From the NCBI GenBank assembly GCA_002726275.1, contig PBSO01000025.1, positions 2,147 to 66,146 of the forward strand: DNA of 64,000 nt, given 5' to 3'. Below the pieces are notes generated by a model. That model had not been told where the DNA came from and did not search any database. It was given only the letters and a program-made list of their open reading frames with translations. Made by a program: the position numbers and the translations under genes. The first letter of the stretch is position 1; each line of letters begins with the position of its first letter. This document shows, one piece after another, positions 48,359-57,610 of the stretch. This DNA comes from Methanobacteriota archaeon (GTDB taxonomy: Archaea > Thermoplasmatota > Poseidoniia > Poseidoniales > Thalassarchaeaceae).

Positions 48359-49732
48359 ATGAAAATGGGAAAAACAAGCCGCAATGCGGACATATCAAGA
48401 GGCACTAAGGTTGTTGATTTCAGCGTTGGTGAGAATGGGCCCTGGAGATTGACTATCCCACGAACGGTTTATCCCCCAAGAGAAGACACAGAGCTTCTTG
48501 CAGAGGCTTTGTATTCTCTCGACATTATGCCATCCCTAGCGGTCGAAATTGGATGTGGCTCAGGTGCACTTTCGATCATTTTGGCAGAGTTAGGATGGGA
48601 AGTATTGGCGTACGATGTTAACCCCTATGCAGTTGCATCTTCGAGATCGAATGTTGAGGAACATGCCTTATCGAATAAAGTGTCGGTGTTTGAAGGCGGC
48701 GTGGGTGAAAATAATTGGTCGATACCAGAGGGCGTAAAACTTCTGATTTGGAACCTGCCATATCTAGAGCCGTCAGATGGCCCGCTAATTCTTGAGCCGA
48801 TTGAGGAGGCCTCAATGGTCGATATCCCCAATGGAGGCTGGTCTTCCAAACTAATTGGTACGGCCGAAAATCATAAGGAGGACGGATTCATCATCATTCT
48901 TCTAATGAGAACTGACCCAGAAAGTCCGAGCAAGAGAGAGGATTGGTTGTCCAGAGGATGGTCTTGTAGAGAGCTAATGAGCCTCAGAATTGCTGATGAA
49001 AAGATAGGTGCATTCGCATTCTGGAAGCCGGGTTCTGGAATTGGAGCTGTTACCCTCGATGAGTGCGGGTCGACTATGGATGAGGCAATCAAGCTCGCAG
49101 AATCCGGGTGGCAGAGAGTTAGGGCGGATAGGCAGCTGCTTGGAAGAGGCAGGAGGGGTTCCACTTGGGAGTCAGAGATAGGGGATCTGATTGCAACTTG
49201 GAGAGTTCCCGTGAATAAGGAATCTGGGGCCAATCATGGTTTGATTCAAATCGCTGCTGGTAGTGTGATATCCAAAGGTATTGGATGCAGAGTAAAGTGG
49301 CCAAACGACCTTATTGACGCCAGTGGGAAGAAGTTGGGCGGAGTTGTATCAGAGACATCTAGCAAGGAAAAGGGGATGAGGGTCGGGGTTGGCATCAACT
49401 CGGAACCTAGAGATGTTGGCGGGAATGAGGCCTCGGGCTGGTCTGAAACACTCGGAAAAACTGACATTGATGCCGTTTTCGGAATTGTTGATGCCTCACT
49501 ATCGGGAATCTTGGAGAATATACCAGGACTGCCCGTTCTGGGTGGAGATAAACTCCTAGAAATATCATGGAGGGGTTTGTCCACCTCCCTCTCAGAGGGA
49601 GCTTTCCCCTCAACTGCAAGTGGGATGGAGAGGGTTGTAGGGCTGGATACTGATGGGGGTTTGATAATTGAGTCCAGGGGGGCATTATCGGTCATCACCG
49701 ATGTGGACGAGCTTGTGTGGCTATTCCCCTAA
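48359..49732 (+). CDS. fusion protein: HemK/PrmC-like SAM-dependent methyltransferase (N) + biotin--protein ligase BirA (C)
   Basis: N-terminal VYPPREDTELLAEAL...AVEIGCGSGALSIILAE (SAM motif I)...LLIWNLPYL ((N/D)PPY-like motif IV). C-terminal TLDECGSTMDEA...RQLLGRGRRGSTWESEIGDL (BirA GRGRRG-x-W motif), KWPNDL, GVGIN. Single uninterrupted 457-aa ORF. Confidence 0.6.
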   Translation: MKMGKTSRNADISRGTKVVDFSVGENGPWRLTIPRTVYPPREDTELLAEALYSLDIMPSLAVEIGCGSGALSIILAELGWEVLAYDVNPYAVASSRSNVEEHALSNKVSVFEGGVGENNWSIPEGVKLLIWNLPYLEPSDGPLILEPIEEASMVDIPNGGWSSKLIGTAENHKEDGFIIILLMRTDPESPSKREDWLSRGWSCRELMSLRIADEKIGAFAFWKPGSGIGAVTLDECGSTMDEAIKLAESGWQRVRADRQLLGRGRRGSTWESEIGDLIATWRVPVNKESGANHGLIQIAAGSVISKGIGCRVKWPNDLIDASGKKLGGVVSETSSKEKGMRVGVGINSEPRDVGGNEASGWSETLGKTDIDAVFGIVDASLSGILENIPGLPVLGGDKLLEISWRGLSTSLSEGAFPSTASGMERVVGLDTDGGLIIESRGALSVITDVDELVWLFP

Positions 49733-50085
49733 CGCTTCCTAGGTGGCCTCTCAAGTCCCATCCTTTCCCTGACCAGTCGGATCTTGCCCGACTTAGCCAC
49801 GGTCGAAATTGATTTGATCGAGTTTAGGGTAGAAATGGCACTATCGGAGTCGGGAAGAGAGACCCTTAGTATGCAGAGGACTGGTTTCTGGGAGTTCGCA
49901 AAGTCATAGAGTCGCCACCCCATATCGCCCAGTGTCTTCTCAAGTATCGCCTCCATCGCAGATCTGTCCTGAACGATATTTTCCACTTGGAATCCTATCC
50001 ATCTGTGTTTGCCCCTAGAAGCCTTTCTCTGCCTCGCCACGATAGCTCGGAAGGGGCATCCACTTAACGCATGATGGGTAATCAA
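49729..50085 (-). CDS. candidate RNase P protein component Pop5/Rpp14-like
   Basis: QRKASRGKHRWIGFQVE matches the Pop5 N-terminal R-x-K-x-RY-h-x-F-E-h pattern. ~118 aa. 4-bp overlap with the upstream FtsZ-like gene. Confidence 0.35.
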   Translation of the reverse strand: MITHHALSGCPFRAIVARQRKASRGKHRWIGFQVENIVQDRSAMEAILEKTLGDMGWRLYDFANSQKPVLCILRVSLPDSDSAISTLNSIKSISTVAKSGKIRLVRERMGLERPPRKR

Positions 50086-50996
50086 TCGAGTCCACTGACT
50101 ACCGCAACAAGCCGGAGTCTGCCCACCATGTCATCACTGGTTCTGGCACCCATAATAACCTGGCAATCCGGATCCATGGATGATACGAAAGCATCGGTAA
50201 TCTGATCCAGATGTGCCAGAGTCATGTCGGGCCCTCCTTCCAATTGAACGAGGCATCCCTTCGCGCCTCTGATTTCTATCTCGGATAGGGGTGAGTTACG
50301 TGCCATTTCTACAACCTTCTCAGGAAGTTCGGTCGTACCCGTACCAACAATCAATGTGGCGTTCCCAGGTTTTTCTATTATCGAACGCATGTCCATCAAA
50401 TCCAAATTTATTGTCCCTACCTCTGCTATAGTGGTCACTAGCCCCTCTATCAGCTCCTCTATCCAACCGGACCCAGTGATCCAGTCTGTCTTACGCTGCC
50501 TTGCCTGCCAAGCGAGCCTCTCCATACTCACCCTAATGCAGACATGGGAGTTGAAATCCAATCCCGAAATGGCCTCATTGGCTATAGAGCACCTCAGAGG
50601 CTGTTCTGCGAAGGGGAGTCCGGCGATTGAAAGAACTATGCAGCCCCTTTGTTTGGCGACAGAAGCGATTTCCGAAGATGCCCCAGAACCCATTCCCCCG
50701 CCCAGTCCGGTAAGAATCATCATTATTTCTGCCCTCTCGATCAGGGGCATTACGGAATCTAGTCCCTCCCTCAATCTGTGAGTGGCCATCATTGGCAAGG
50801 CTGCGGAGCCCCTGCCCTCACCTCCCGCATCGAGAAATAAGCAGTTTGCAGTGTTGGCACCTTCAAAGGAAGACTCGTCCGCATCAATTAGAAGAAGCTC
50901 TGATAAATCCTGACAACTAGTATGCGCCTGCCTGGCCCAGATGCAACCTATGCCCCCTACACCGACAATGAGGATGGCCCCCTCCTCCATGGTCAT
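50082..50996 (-). CDS. divergent FtsZ/tubulin-superfamily GTPase
   Basis: AILIVGVGGIGCIWA (FtsZ GVGGGG-like N-terminal loop), tubulin signature ILTGLGGGMGSGASSEIASVAKQRGCIVLSIAGLPFAEQ (cf. GMGGGTGTGAAPVIAEIAK...TKPFxFEG), T7-like GTINLDLMDMRSII. Only 304 aa and strongly diverged from canonical FtsZ. Confidence 0.55.
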   Translation of the reverse strand: MTMEEGAILIVGVGGIGCIWARQAHTSCQDLSELLLIDADESSFEGANTANCLFLDAGGEGRGSAALPMMATHRLREGLDSVMPLIERAEIMMILTGLGGGMGSGASSEIASVAKQRGCIVLSIAGLPFAEQPLRCSIANEAISGLDFNSHVCIRVSMERLAWQARQRKTDWITGSGWIEELIEGLVTTIAEVGTINLDLMDMRSIIEKPGNATLIVGTGTTELPEKVVEMARNSPLSEIEIRGAKGCLVQLEGGPDMTLAHLDQITDAFVSSMDPDCQVIMGARTSDDMVGRLRLVAVVSGLD

Positions 50997-51024
50997 GCCA
51001 TGTATGTCTAGTGTTTAGAGTGTA

Positions 51025-51423
51025 CTAGTCATAAGAGATGTATCTCTGATATCTTCTCCTCTCGTCTCTCGCCCATGCATTATCTGGTTCTATTTCTAAG
51101 ACCTTGTCATAGTACTCTATTGCAGCCTCAAAATCTGAGAGATGCCTGCCGTTCATATGCCCGAGGATGTTGAGAACAGGGACACAGCTGGGATCATCCT
51201 CGAGCATGGAAAGAAGAATCTCCTCTGCGCCTGAAATGTCCATCATCTCCATCTTGTCTTCAGCAGAATCGAGAAGCGAAACTTGAGTTTCGGATAGCCT
51301 ATACAGGTTGCGCCAATTGGGATTCGCCATGGCATCCCTAGGGGCTCTTTCCGTATTAGTTTGGTGAGTAACTGGAATCATCCTAAATGTGGGTTTCAGG
51401 GGCAAGTTACAAGTTGACGACAT
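51025..51423 (-). CDS. small hypothetical protein with TPR-like helical repeat
   Basis: AAIEYYDKVLEIEPDNAWARDERRRY resembles one TPR. Start uncertain. Confidence 0.3.
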   Translation of the reverse strand: MSSTCNLPLKPTFRMIPVTHQTNTERAPRDAMANPNWRNLYRLSETQVSLLDSAEDKMEMMDISGAEEILLSMLEDDPSCVPVLNILGHMNGRHLSDFEAAIEYYDKVLEIEPDNAWARDERRRYQRYISYD

Positions 51424-51477
51424 GGAACGTTAATAGCCTCGTTTCAGGTGGGCCAACACGTCCACTGAGGGTTCATC

Positions 51478-52287
51478 ATGAGGTCCGCTCTGACAAGCTC
51501 CAGAAGGCTGTTCGTGATGGGGGCCGTCGCACTCCTTCTCGCAGGGGGTGTTCAGGCCTTCCACACAGGCGTAGGAGGGGACGCGAATGGGGACGGGGAT
51601 GTGTCCATAGCAGGTTGCACATGCCATTCAGAAGAACCAGACAACTCAGTCACACTAATCCTGGCCGAAGTTCCCCATAGGTACCAACCGGGAGTAACCT
51701 ATGACATGAAAATACAGATTGTTGGAGGGCCCGATATAGACTCTTCTTCTGGAACTGCGGGTTTCTCAATGAAGATATCAGCTGGAACTCTTGGGGCCTC
51801 GGAAGGGTCTGAAAACTTGGTGCAAAACTGGGAAGAAGATCCGCAAACATTGACGCATACTGATCCGGGTTCACAGACGGCGGATAGAACATGGCACATC
51901 TCATGGACGGCACCGCCCTCTGATTCTGGCATAGTTACGCTGTGGCTTGCAGGAAACTCGGTGAATGGAGATGGGGTCCCTTCTGATTTAGACAGATGGA
52001 ACAGACTTAGCACTACCATAGATGAGGGCGATGACAGTGGTACAAGAACCGTTTTTGCAGGCAATGGGGACATAGAGCCGCCGGCTCCTGGAGAAGAGAG
52101 CATAGACCTTCACCACATGGGAGCGGGATTGCGGGCGCATTGGCTTGGGCTCCTTGGTTTCGCAGCCGTGGTCATCGTGATAATTTTCTGTGGACTAATG
52201 CTCAGGTACGGATTCTCAAGGCACTACGAAGGAAGGAGCAATCTTCTGAGATTGCGGATTAAGCACCAGAGGAGAGGTGATCAGTAA
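51478..52287 (+). CDS. secreted G-C-x-C-H motif domain protein with single C-terminal TM anchor (paralog of 7455..8573); first gene of Rieske/cyt b operon
   Basis: Signal LFVMGAVALLLAGGVQA, then IAGCTCHSEEPD. Conserved block WHISWTAPPSDSGIVTLWLAGNSVNGDGVPSDLDRWNRLSTTI. C-terminal WLGLLGFAAVVIVIIFCGLML TM plus basic tail. Stop overlaps the start of the next gene. Confidence 0.45.
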   Translation: MRSALTSSRRLFVMGAVALLLAGGVQAFHTGVGGDANGDGDVSIAGCTCHSEEPDNSVTLILAEVPHRYQPGVTYDMKIQIVGGPDIDSSSGTAGFSMKISAGTLGASEGSENLVQNWEEDPQTLTHTDPGSQTADRTWHISWTAPPSDSGIVTLWLAGNSVNGDGVPSDLDRWNRLSTTIDEGDDSGTRTVFAGNGDIEPPAPGEESIDLHHMGAGLRAHWLGLLGFAAVVIVIIFCGLMLRYGFSRHYEGRSNLLRLRIKHQRRGDQ

Positions 52288-52736
52288 TGAAGGACGATAT
52301 TGTTCTGAAGATGCTCAGACAGGTAGCTTCAGGTGAGGTTAGTGTGGATGATGCCAGGGAGGCTCTCGAGGGAGTAAGTCTTAGTGAAGAAATTTATGAG
52401 TCTGCTGTGAATCATGGAGTTTTCAACGAAGCGTCACCTGGTTCGATTGTCAGAGCTAGCGTTTCACCCTCCGGTGACTCTTGGCTGATCATATTGGTTG
52501 GCCTGTGGGGGATTGTTTGGTCCCTATATTGGGCAGGCTCCTTGTCCTATGGTCTATACAACCACTGGGATCAACAATTACTGTCATTTTTCTTGGGCAT
52601 GCTTCTGTTGACGGTTATCATAATGGGAATGATATACATGAAATACGTTATGCCCGACATACTCATAGTCAAGAAGAGGAGAGGGAAGTACATAACTCCG
52701 AAAGACCCTGATTCCTGGAAACAATACAAGGTGTGA
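52287..52736 (+). CDS. small membrane protein (two TM helices) in Rieske/cyt b operon
   Basis: 149 aa. Soluble N-terminal 60 aa then WLIILVGLWGIVWSLYWAG and LSFFLGMLLLTVIIMGMIYM. Translationally coupled on both sides. Confidence 0.35.
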   Translation: MKDDIVLKMLRQVASGEVSVDDAREALEGVSLSEEIYESAVNHGVFNEASPGSIVRASVSPSGDSWLIILVGLWGIVWSLYWAGSLSYGLYNHWDQQLLSFFLGMLLLTVIIMGMIYMKYVMPDILIVKKRRGKYITPKDPDSWKQYKV

Positions 52737-53593
52737 TTATGGCTAGGAAATTCAAGCTCAGACCCATTGAAGGGGACGATTCTGGATCTGATGCTGAAGC
52801 TCCTTTCATAGATAGGAGAGAGTTCATGAGGCACTCATTTAATACTGCAGCCGGAGTAATAACAGTGGCTAGCCTAGGAAGTGTTGGATTCGCTTCTTTG
52901 TTAATGGGGCAATCAGAATCATCCGGAGGAGATTCGGCCGTTAGATACTGGGTTCCGACAGGTGCTGAGGACACAGTCTGGTATGGCGACAGCCACCTAG
53001 AGGCGATGACATACCAGTCATTCGTCGATGCTGCTGCAAGTTCATCAACTGGGATGGCGGCAGCCCAGGGAGTTTGGTCAGGCATGCCAATCAACGCCAT
53101 CTACGTCCCCCATGATGAGAATAAGACAGAGTCACTGGTTGAGAACAAGCCAAGATTCCAATTCCTAGATGGGTACTCGGTAGATGGGGGATATGTGGGG
53201 TCCGGATTTGAGATGGAGGATGACTCACAATACGAACCCCTGAGAGTCCACGACAACCTAATCATAGTTTTCTCAAGGTGCCCCCACTTGTGCTGCATAC
53301 CCGGTTGGCAACTGGTCGCAAATGAGTTCACTGCAGACCAATGGTTCCCCAACGGAACTGATTCGGGCGGCAATAAGCTCTTCTGTATCTGCCATTCTTC
53401 AAGATTCGATCCTACTGTTATTGAGAAAAACCGGAATACAAATCGCTCTGATGGTTCTCAGTTCGAGTACTTCGGGATAAAGAGAGTGGGGGGCCCTGCT
53501 CCCGTGGGCATGCCGCTGGTTCCATTCGTACTAAATGGTGATATGATTGAGGCACTTCCTGATTTCAAAGACTGGTATGCATATTGTGACTGA
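52733..53593 (+). CDS. Rieske [2Fe-2S] iron-sulfur protein with Tat signal
   Basis: Twin-arginine motif IDRREFMRHSFNTAAGV. Rieske box I CPHLCC (C-x-H-x-x-C) and box II CICHSSRFD (C-x-C-H-x-S) 17 residues apart, the usual box spacing. Confidence 0.7.
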   Translation: MIMARKFKLRPIEGDDSGSDAEAPFIDRREFMRHSFNTAAGVITVASLGSVGFASLLMGQSESSGGDSAVRYWVPTGAEDTVWYGDSHLEAMTYQSFVDAAASSSTGMAAAQGVWSGMPINAIYVPHDENKTESLVENKPRFQFLDGYSVDGGYVGSGFEMEDDSQYEPLRVHDNLIIVFSRCPHLCCIPGWQLVANEFTADQWFPNGTDSGGNKLFCICHSSRFDPTVIEKNRNTNRSDGSQFEYFGIKRVGGPAPVGMPLVPFVLNGDMIEALPDFKDWYAYCD

Positions 53594-53602
53594 GGTGAAA
53601 GG

Positions 53603-54469
53603 ATGATTCAATTTTGGTTCCTATGGCTGTTCATCGCTATTGTCGTGGTAATTGTCGCACTGACTCTGAGAAAGGAGCGGGAGGAAATGCCTCGAAAGGA
53701 CATTCTGAGAGCCGTTGAAACGAGTGCTGGCAGTATGGGCCTAGCAGAAAAAACGTTCCTTTGGGCGTTCTCATGGTTGGATACCCGGTTCAGAATTCAG
53801 GACTATTGGGGGATGAGCAGGGATGCTTACTATGGAATGCACAGGCAAATGCCTATGACGCACGCTGAAAAATATAAACTCAGAATAATCTGGTATTGGT
53901 ACCCCTTGTATTGTCTGGGCGGAATCTCGTTCCTGGCATTCGTCATACTGGTAATCACTGGAACTGTTCTTGGATTATATTATGTCCCGGGAGGAGAGGG
54001 GGATCCCACTCCTGCATACAGCAGCATGGAATTCATCATGACTCAATTGCCATTTGGGTACATCATTCGATCAATCCACCATTGGACTACACACTTCATG
54101 GTGGCAGCTGTATTCCTGCACATGTGCAGAGTTTACTTCACAGGAGCATACAGGAATCCAAGGGAGTTGAACTGGCTAATTGGGGTGGCTCTTATGTTCT
54201 TCACCATTTTCTTTGGCTATTCGGGATACTTGCTCCCCTGGGACAGTTTGGCATTTGGTGCAGCTACCATTGGAATCAACATGGCCATGAGTACGCCTCT
54301 GATTGGAGAGTGGGTAGCAAATGCGATGTTTGCTGGTACATCCCTGTCGGGACAGACAGTAACGAGGATGTATTTCCTCCATGTTTTCATACTGCCCGTG
54401 GTTGTTACCGCGTTGATTCTTGCCCATCTCTTCATAGTCTGGGCCCAAGGAATTGCGGAGCCGCATTGA
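53603..54469 (+). CDS. cytochrome b (b6/N-terminal four-helix haem-binding domain) with extra N-terminal TM helix
   Basis: IRSIHHWTTHFMVAAVFLHMCRVYFTGAY (helix B His pair), GYSGYLLPWDSLAFGAATIG (cf. GYVLPWGQMSFWGATVI), LHVFILPVVVTALILAHL (helix D His pair). Confidence 0.75.
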   Translation: MIQFWFLWLFIAIVVVIVALTLRKEREEMPRKDILRAVETSAGSMGLAEKTFLWAFSWLDTRFRIQDYWGMSRDAYYGMHRQMPMTHAEKYKLRIIWYWYPLYCLGGISFLAFVILVITGTVLGLYYVPGGEGDPTPAYSSMEFIMTQLPFGYIIRSIHHWTTHFMVAAVFLHMCRVYFTGAYRNPRELNWLIGVALMFFTIFFGYSGYLLPWDSLAFGAATIGINMAMSTPLIGEWVANAMFAGTSLSGQTVTRMYFLHVFILPVVVTALILAHLFIVWAQGIAEPH

Positions 54470-54478
54470 GGAATCATT

Positions 54479-57268
54479 ATGGGGATCGTAGAAAGGTTTG
54501 GAAGGATTGCTGATACATACATCAGCGAACGCGACAAGCTCCTAGAGGCAGAGACTGAGCGTAGGAGGACATTCATTGGCCATCCTTTCTGGCCCACAGA
54601 GGTCCTAAGGGATACAATCATACTTGCATCAATAGTAATGGTAATCGCATTCTATTCTTGGTTGATACCCCCTCCCCTACACAGTGCGGCAGACCCCTTT
54701 GCACAAGCAGGATTCGTTTTCCCAGACTGGTATGTTCTTTTCTCATATGGGTACCTTAGGTGGGGCGAGTATCTCCCACAATTCGTCATACCTGCAGGCC
54801 CTATTGGTGAGTTCTTTGGATCTCCCGTGATAAACTGGAACTCAGCTTGGTGGGGTGCGGCAATTACTGGACTACCTGTAGGAATACTGGCCTTGCCACC
54901 TTTCCTCCCCGGGAGGGAGAAGAGAGGTGTTGAGGATCCTTGGTTCGCCACTGCTGGAGCTGTTTACCTAGCGCACGTGTGGTTCATCTCAGTATTCTCC
55001 ATCAATATCTTCCTTGACCTGTATGCAAAAGACCGTTCTGACTTCTGCTTTGTTGGAACGCATGGAGAGTTCCTTTGTGGAAGGCAGTCTCCATGGTCTG
55101 CTGAAGTATTCAACGCGATACCGTGGATACTAACAGGTGTTTTCATATTCGCCATTATTTTCTTCCCCCTTAGAAAATTCTTGCTGAACTCAGTTGGATC
55201 AAGGGTGACTCCAAAAATCGGAAGGCAGGTCGCCGTAGGTTCACTCATTGCCGCGATATTGATCTCAGTTGCAACATGGCCCATCTACGAGGGTGGATTC
55301 TGGGATTACGGAGGTCTTGGGGCCATGGACGACGTTGAAGATCTTGATGGGATGAGGGGGCAGCCTTCAGATACCCTGGTCCATCAGGAACAAGGCAACG
55401 TTTGGGATGATTGGGGAAGTGAGTGTCTGCTATACGAGGACAGTTCGTACCTAGCAGCCTGGTCGGGATTAAGTAGTGAGGAAGACCCTGATGACTGGTG
55501 TGTTATTCCTGCCGAAAATTGGGTTGATTGGGGACTTTATCAACCCACGAAACTCCATTTGATTGACTATTCCGGTGCTAATGGGCATGCAGATTCAAGC
55601 ATTGGAAGAAACGCGGCTGAGGGATCTTCTTCTTACTTTGGTGATTCCTCTTTGGCCGAAGTAAGCTATGACGAGTCATCTACATTCGAAGTTGAGGATC
55701 TCGGTATTTCATCGGTGCCAGTAGATGTTGGATGCCTATTCAGAACAACTGTGAGGGGAGCTGGAGAACATACGCAGAGCCTAGTAATGAGTGATTCTAG
55801 TGGCGACATAGTATGGGAGAATGATGGAGCATCATGTGAAACTGGTACGGTATACGTCAATTCTGGATCGACATATACAATTTCTTTTTCGGTGACGACG
55901 ACTGGAATGAACGAGAGTGTTGAGGTGATTACTAGTTTCTCAGCAGTTGCTTACCAGCCCCTCCTCCTAGATGACGATGGAACTGCCCTTGTACGTTCAC
56001 AGAGTGACCTAGGTGCCTCTGATTTATCATCGCTGTCCGTAGAGAACCCAACCTATCACAAGAATCCAAAGAGTCTTGATGCCAAGCTGATTTACTCACT
56101 ATTCATCCCTTGTCTCGGAGTCGGGGCAATAGTTTTCATGCTCATGCGTAGCATGGCCAGGGGATATGAGTATGAGATGAACAAATGCTATGGCTGCGAT
56201 CTCTGTGATGATGCTTGTCCCGTGAGGCTTTTCAACGCCGGAGACAAACTAAACATCATCTACAACACATGGAATAATGAGGATGACGGAGTTCCCCTTT
56301 ACTCTTGTCTGACCTGTTCTGCTTGCACCAACGCTTGTCCGCAACTGGTCGATTATGACTCATATGTCGATATCAGGAGGAACATGATAGTAGGGGGGCC
56401 CCCTGCATCAGAGATACCCCACACAGTCCTCCAAGCAGTTTTGGCTGCGGAGGCCGAGGAGGATTCCGATTCGGACTTTATCTCCGTAGATGAATATCCG
56501 ATTGATTCCAACATTGGCTACTACCCTGGTTGTGTTGATTACCTTGACCAAGAGATGATTTTCAGCCACTTGAACGAAGGATCGATGAACTTGGGCGATG
56601 CAACGACATCTGCATTCACGCTATTTGAAGAAATGGGAGAAGAGGTGACATACCTCGGCAGAGACTTCCTGAAGTGCTGTGGTCACGATCAAAAGTGGCA
56701 AGGCATGACTGAGGTGTTTGAGAAACTAAAGGCATACAACCAGAAGAAGTTGGGAGAGAGTGGGGTCGATACATTGGTGACTTCGTGTGCAGAATGCTTC
56801 AGGACTTTTGCTCTTGACTACGAACTAGATGAAATGAAGGTCATGCACACTACCGAATTCTTAATTGAAAGTGGATTTGATATGAATCTGAGTGCGGAAG
56901 AAGATGTCACAGTGACATTCCATGACCCCTGTAGGTTAGGAAGGCAAATGAACATCTATGACCAACCAAGAGACTTGATCTCGGGCGTAGAGGGAGTGAG
57001 CCTGGTTGAAATGGAGCATCATGGCGAAGATGCATTGTGCTGTGGAGTATCCAGCATGATGAGTTGTAATGAGAATAGTCGGGCCCTCAGGGTGCAACGT
57101 TTCGAAGAGGTGAATGCCACCGGAGCCGATATCATGCTGACATCATGCCCGAAGTGTGTTTCGCACTTTGAATGCCTGAAGTTCGAAGGTGATCCTAGGC
57201 ATGATTTCGAGATTCTAGACGTTGTAAGTTTCCTAGCCAGGCAAGTTCAATCGGGCAAGTCCGATTAG
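54479..57268 (+). CDS. fusion: cytochrome b C-terminal/subunit-IV-like membrane domain + acidic extracytoplasmic insert + HdrD/GlpC-like module (2x[4Fe-4S] + two CCG domains)
   Basis: N-terminus HPFWPTEVLRDTII...PDWYVLFSYGYLRW (cf. PEWYFLPAYAILR of cyt b C-terminus/PetD). ~250-aa Asp/Glu/Ser-rich segment, then a TM helix. Then CYGCDLCDDACP and CLTCSACTNACP (ferredoxin-type), then PGCVDY...KCCGHD...TSCAEC and DPCRLG...LCCGVS...TSCPKC (CCG Cys-rich domains as in HdrD). Confidence 0.65.
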   Translation: MGIVERFGRIADTYISERDKLLEAETERRRTFIGHPFWPTEVLRDTIILASIVMVIAFYSWLIPPPLHSAADPFAQAGFVFPDWYVLFSYGYLRWGEYLPQFVIPAGPIGEFFGSPVINWNSAWWGAAITGLPVGILALPPFLPGREKRGVEDPWFATAGAVYLAHVWFISVFSINIFLDLYAKDRSDFCFVGTHGEFLCGRQSPWSAEVFNAIPWILTGVFIFAIIFFPLRKFLLNSVGSRVTPKIGRQVAVGSLIAAILISVATWPIYEGGFWDYGGLGAMDDVEDLDGMRGQPSDTLVHQEQGNVWDDWGSECLLYEDSSYLAAWSGLSSEEDPDDWCVIPAENWVDWGLYQPTKLHLIDYSGANGHADSSIGRNAAEGSSSYFGDSSLAEVSYDESSTFEVEDLGISSVPVDVGCLFRTTVRGAGEHTQSLVMSDSSGDIVWENDGASCETGTVYVNSGSTYTISFSVTTTGMNESVEVITSFSAVAYQPLLLDDDGTALVRSQSDLGASDLSSLSVENPTYHKNPKSLDAKLIYSLFIPCLGVGAIVFMLMRSMARGYEYEMNKCYGCDLCDDACPVRLFNAGDKLNIIYNTWNNEDDGVPLYSCLTCSACTNACPQLVDYDSYVDIRRNMIVGGPPASEIPHTVLQAVLAAEAEEDSDSDFISVDEYPIDSNIGYYPGCVDYLDQEMIFSHLNEGSMNLGDATTSAFTLFEEMGEEVTYLGRDFLKCCGHDQKWQGMTEVFEKLKAYNQKKLGESGVDTLVTSCAECFRTFALDYELDEMKVMHTTEFLIESGFDMNLSAEEDVTVTFHDPCRLGRQMNIYDQPRDLISGVEGVSLVEMEHHGEDALCCGVSSMMSCNENSRALRVQRFEEVNATGADIMLTSCPKCVSHFECLKFEGDPRHDFEILDVVSFLARQVQSGKSD

Positions 57269-57528
57269 CCGAAAGCTAACCATGCTGAATAGCTTGAGAG
57301 TATGGCATTTAACAAAATTCCAATAATTGTGAATTTTGCCACTCTGGAGTTCCGATACCCCAATGCTGTAAGCCAGATGAAAAATCCAATTAGTCCGCCG
57401 CAAGCAAATGATATCCAAGCTACCTCTGGAGTCAAGAATAGAACCATTGCTAACCAAATTAGGATGCCTTGCAAAAGCCCTAGTAGGGAAAGAGGGTCGA
57501 AATACCAAGGAGTATTTTCACTTTCCAT
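57265..57528 (-). CDS. small hydrophobic membrane protein (hypothetical)
   Basis: 87 aa, three hydrophobic helices. Convergent with the 929-aa gene. Could be spurious. Confidence 0.25.
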   Translation of the reverse strand: MESENTPWYFDPLSLLGLLQGILIWLAMVLFLTPEVAWISFACGGLIGFFIWLTALGYRNSRVAKFTIIGILLNAILSSYSAWLAFG

Positions 57529-57610
57529 GGTGCTCGCAAAGAGTGCACGTCATCAATATGACTGGATTCACGACCGCATAATTGAGAACCGATGACCAAC
57601 AGGGAGGGGT

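Noticed and set aside
53896-54513. 205-aa + strand ORF in an alternative frame inside the cytochrome b gene
   Set aside because: The in-frame cytochrome b translation (53603..54469) contains all four haem-ligand histidines and the LPW motif, so the overlapping frame is spurious.
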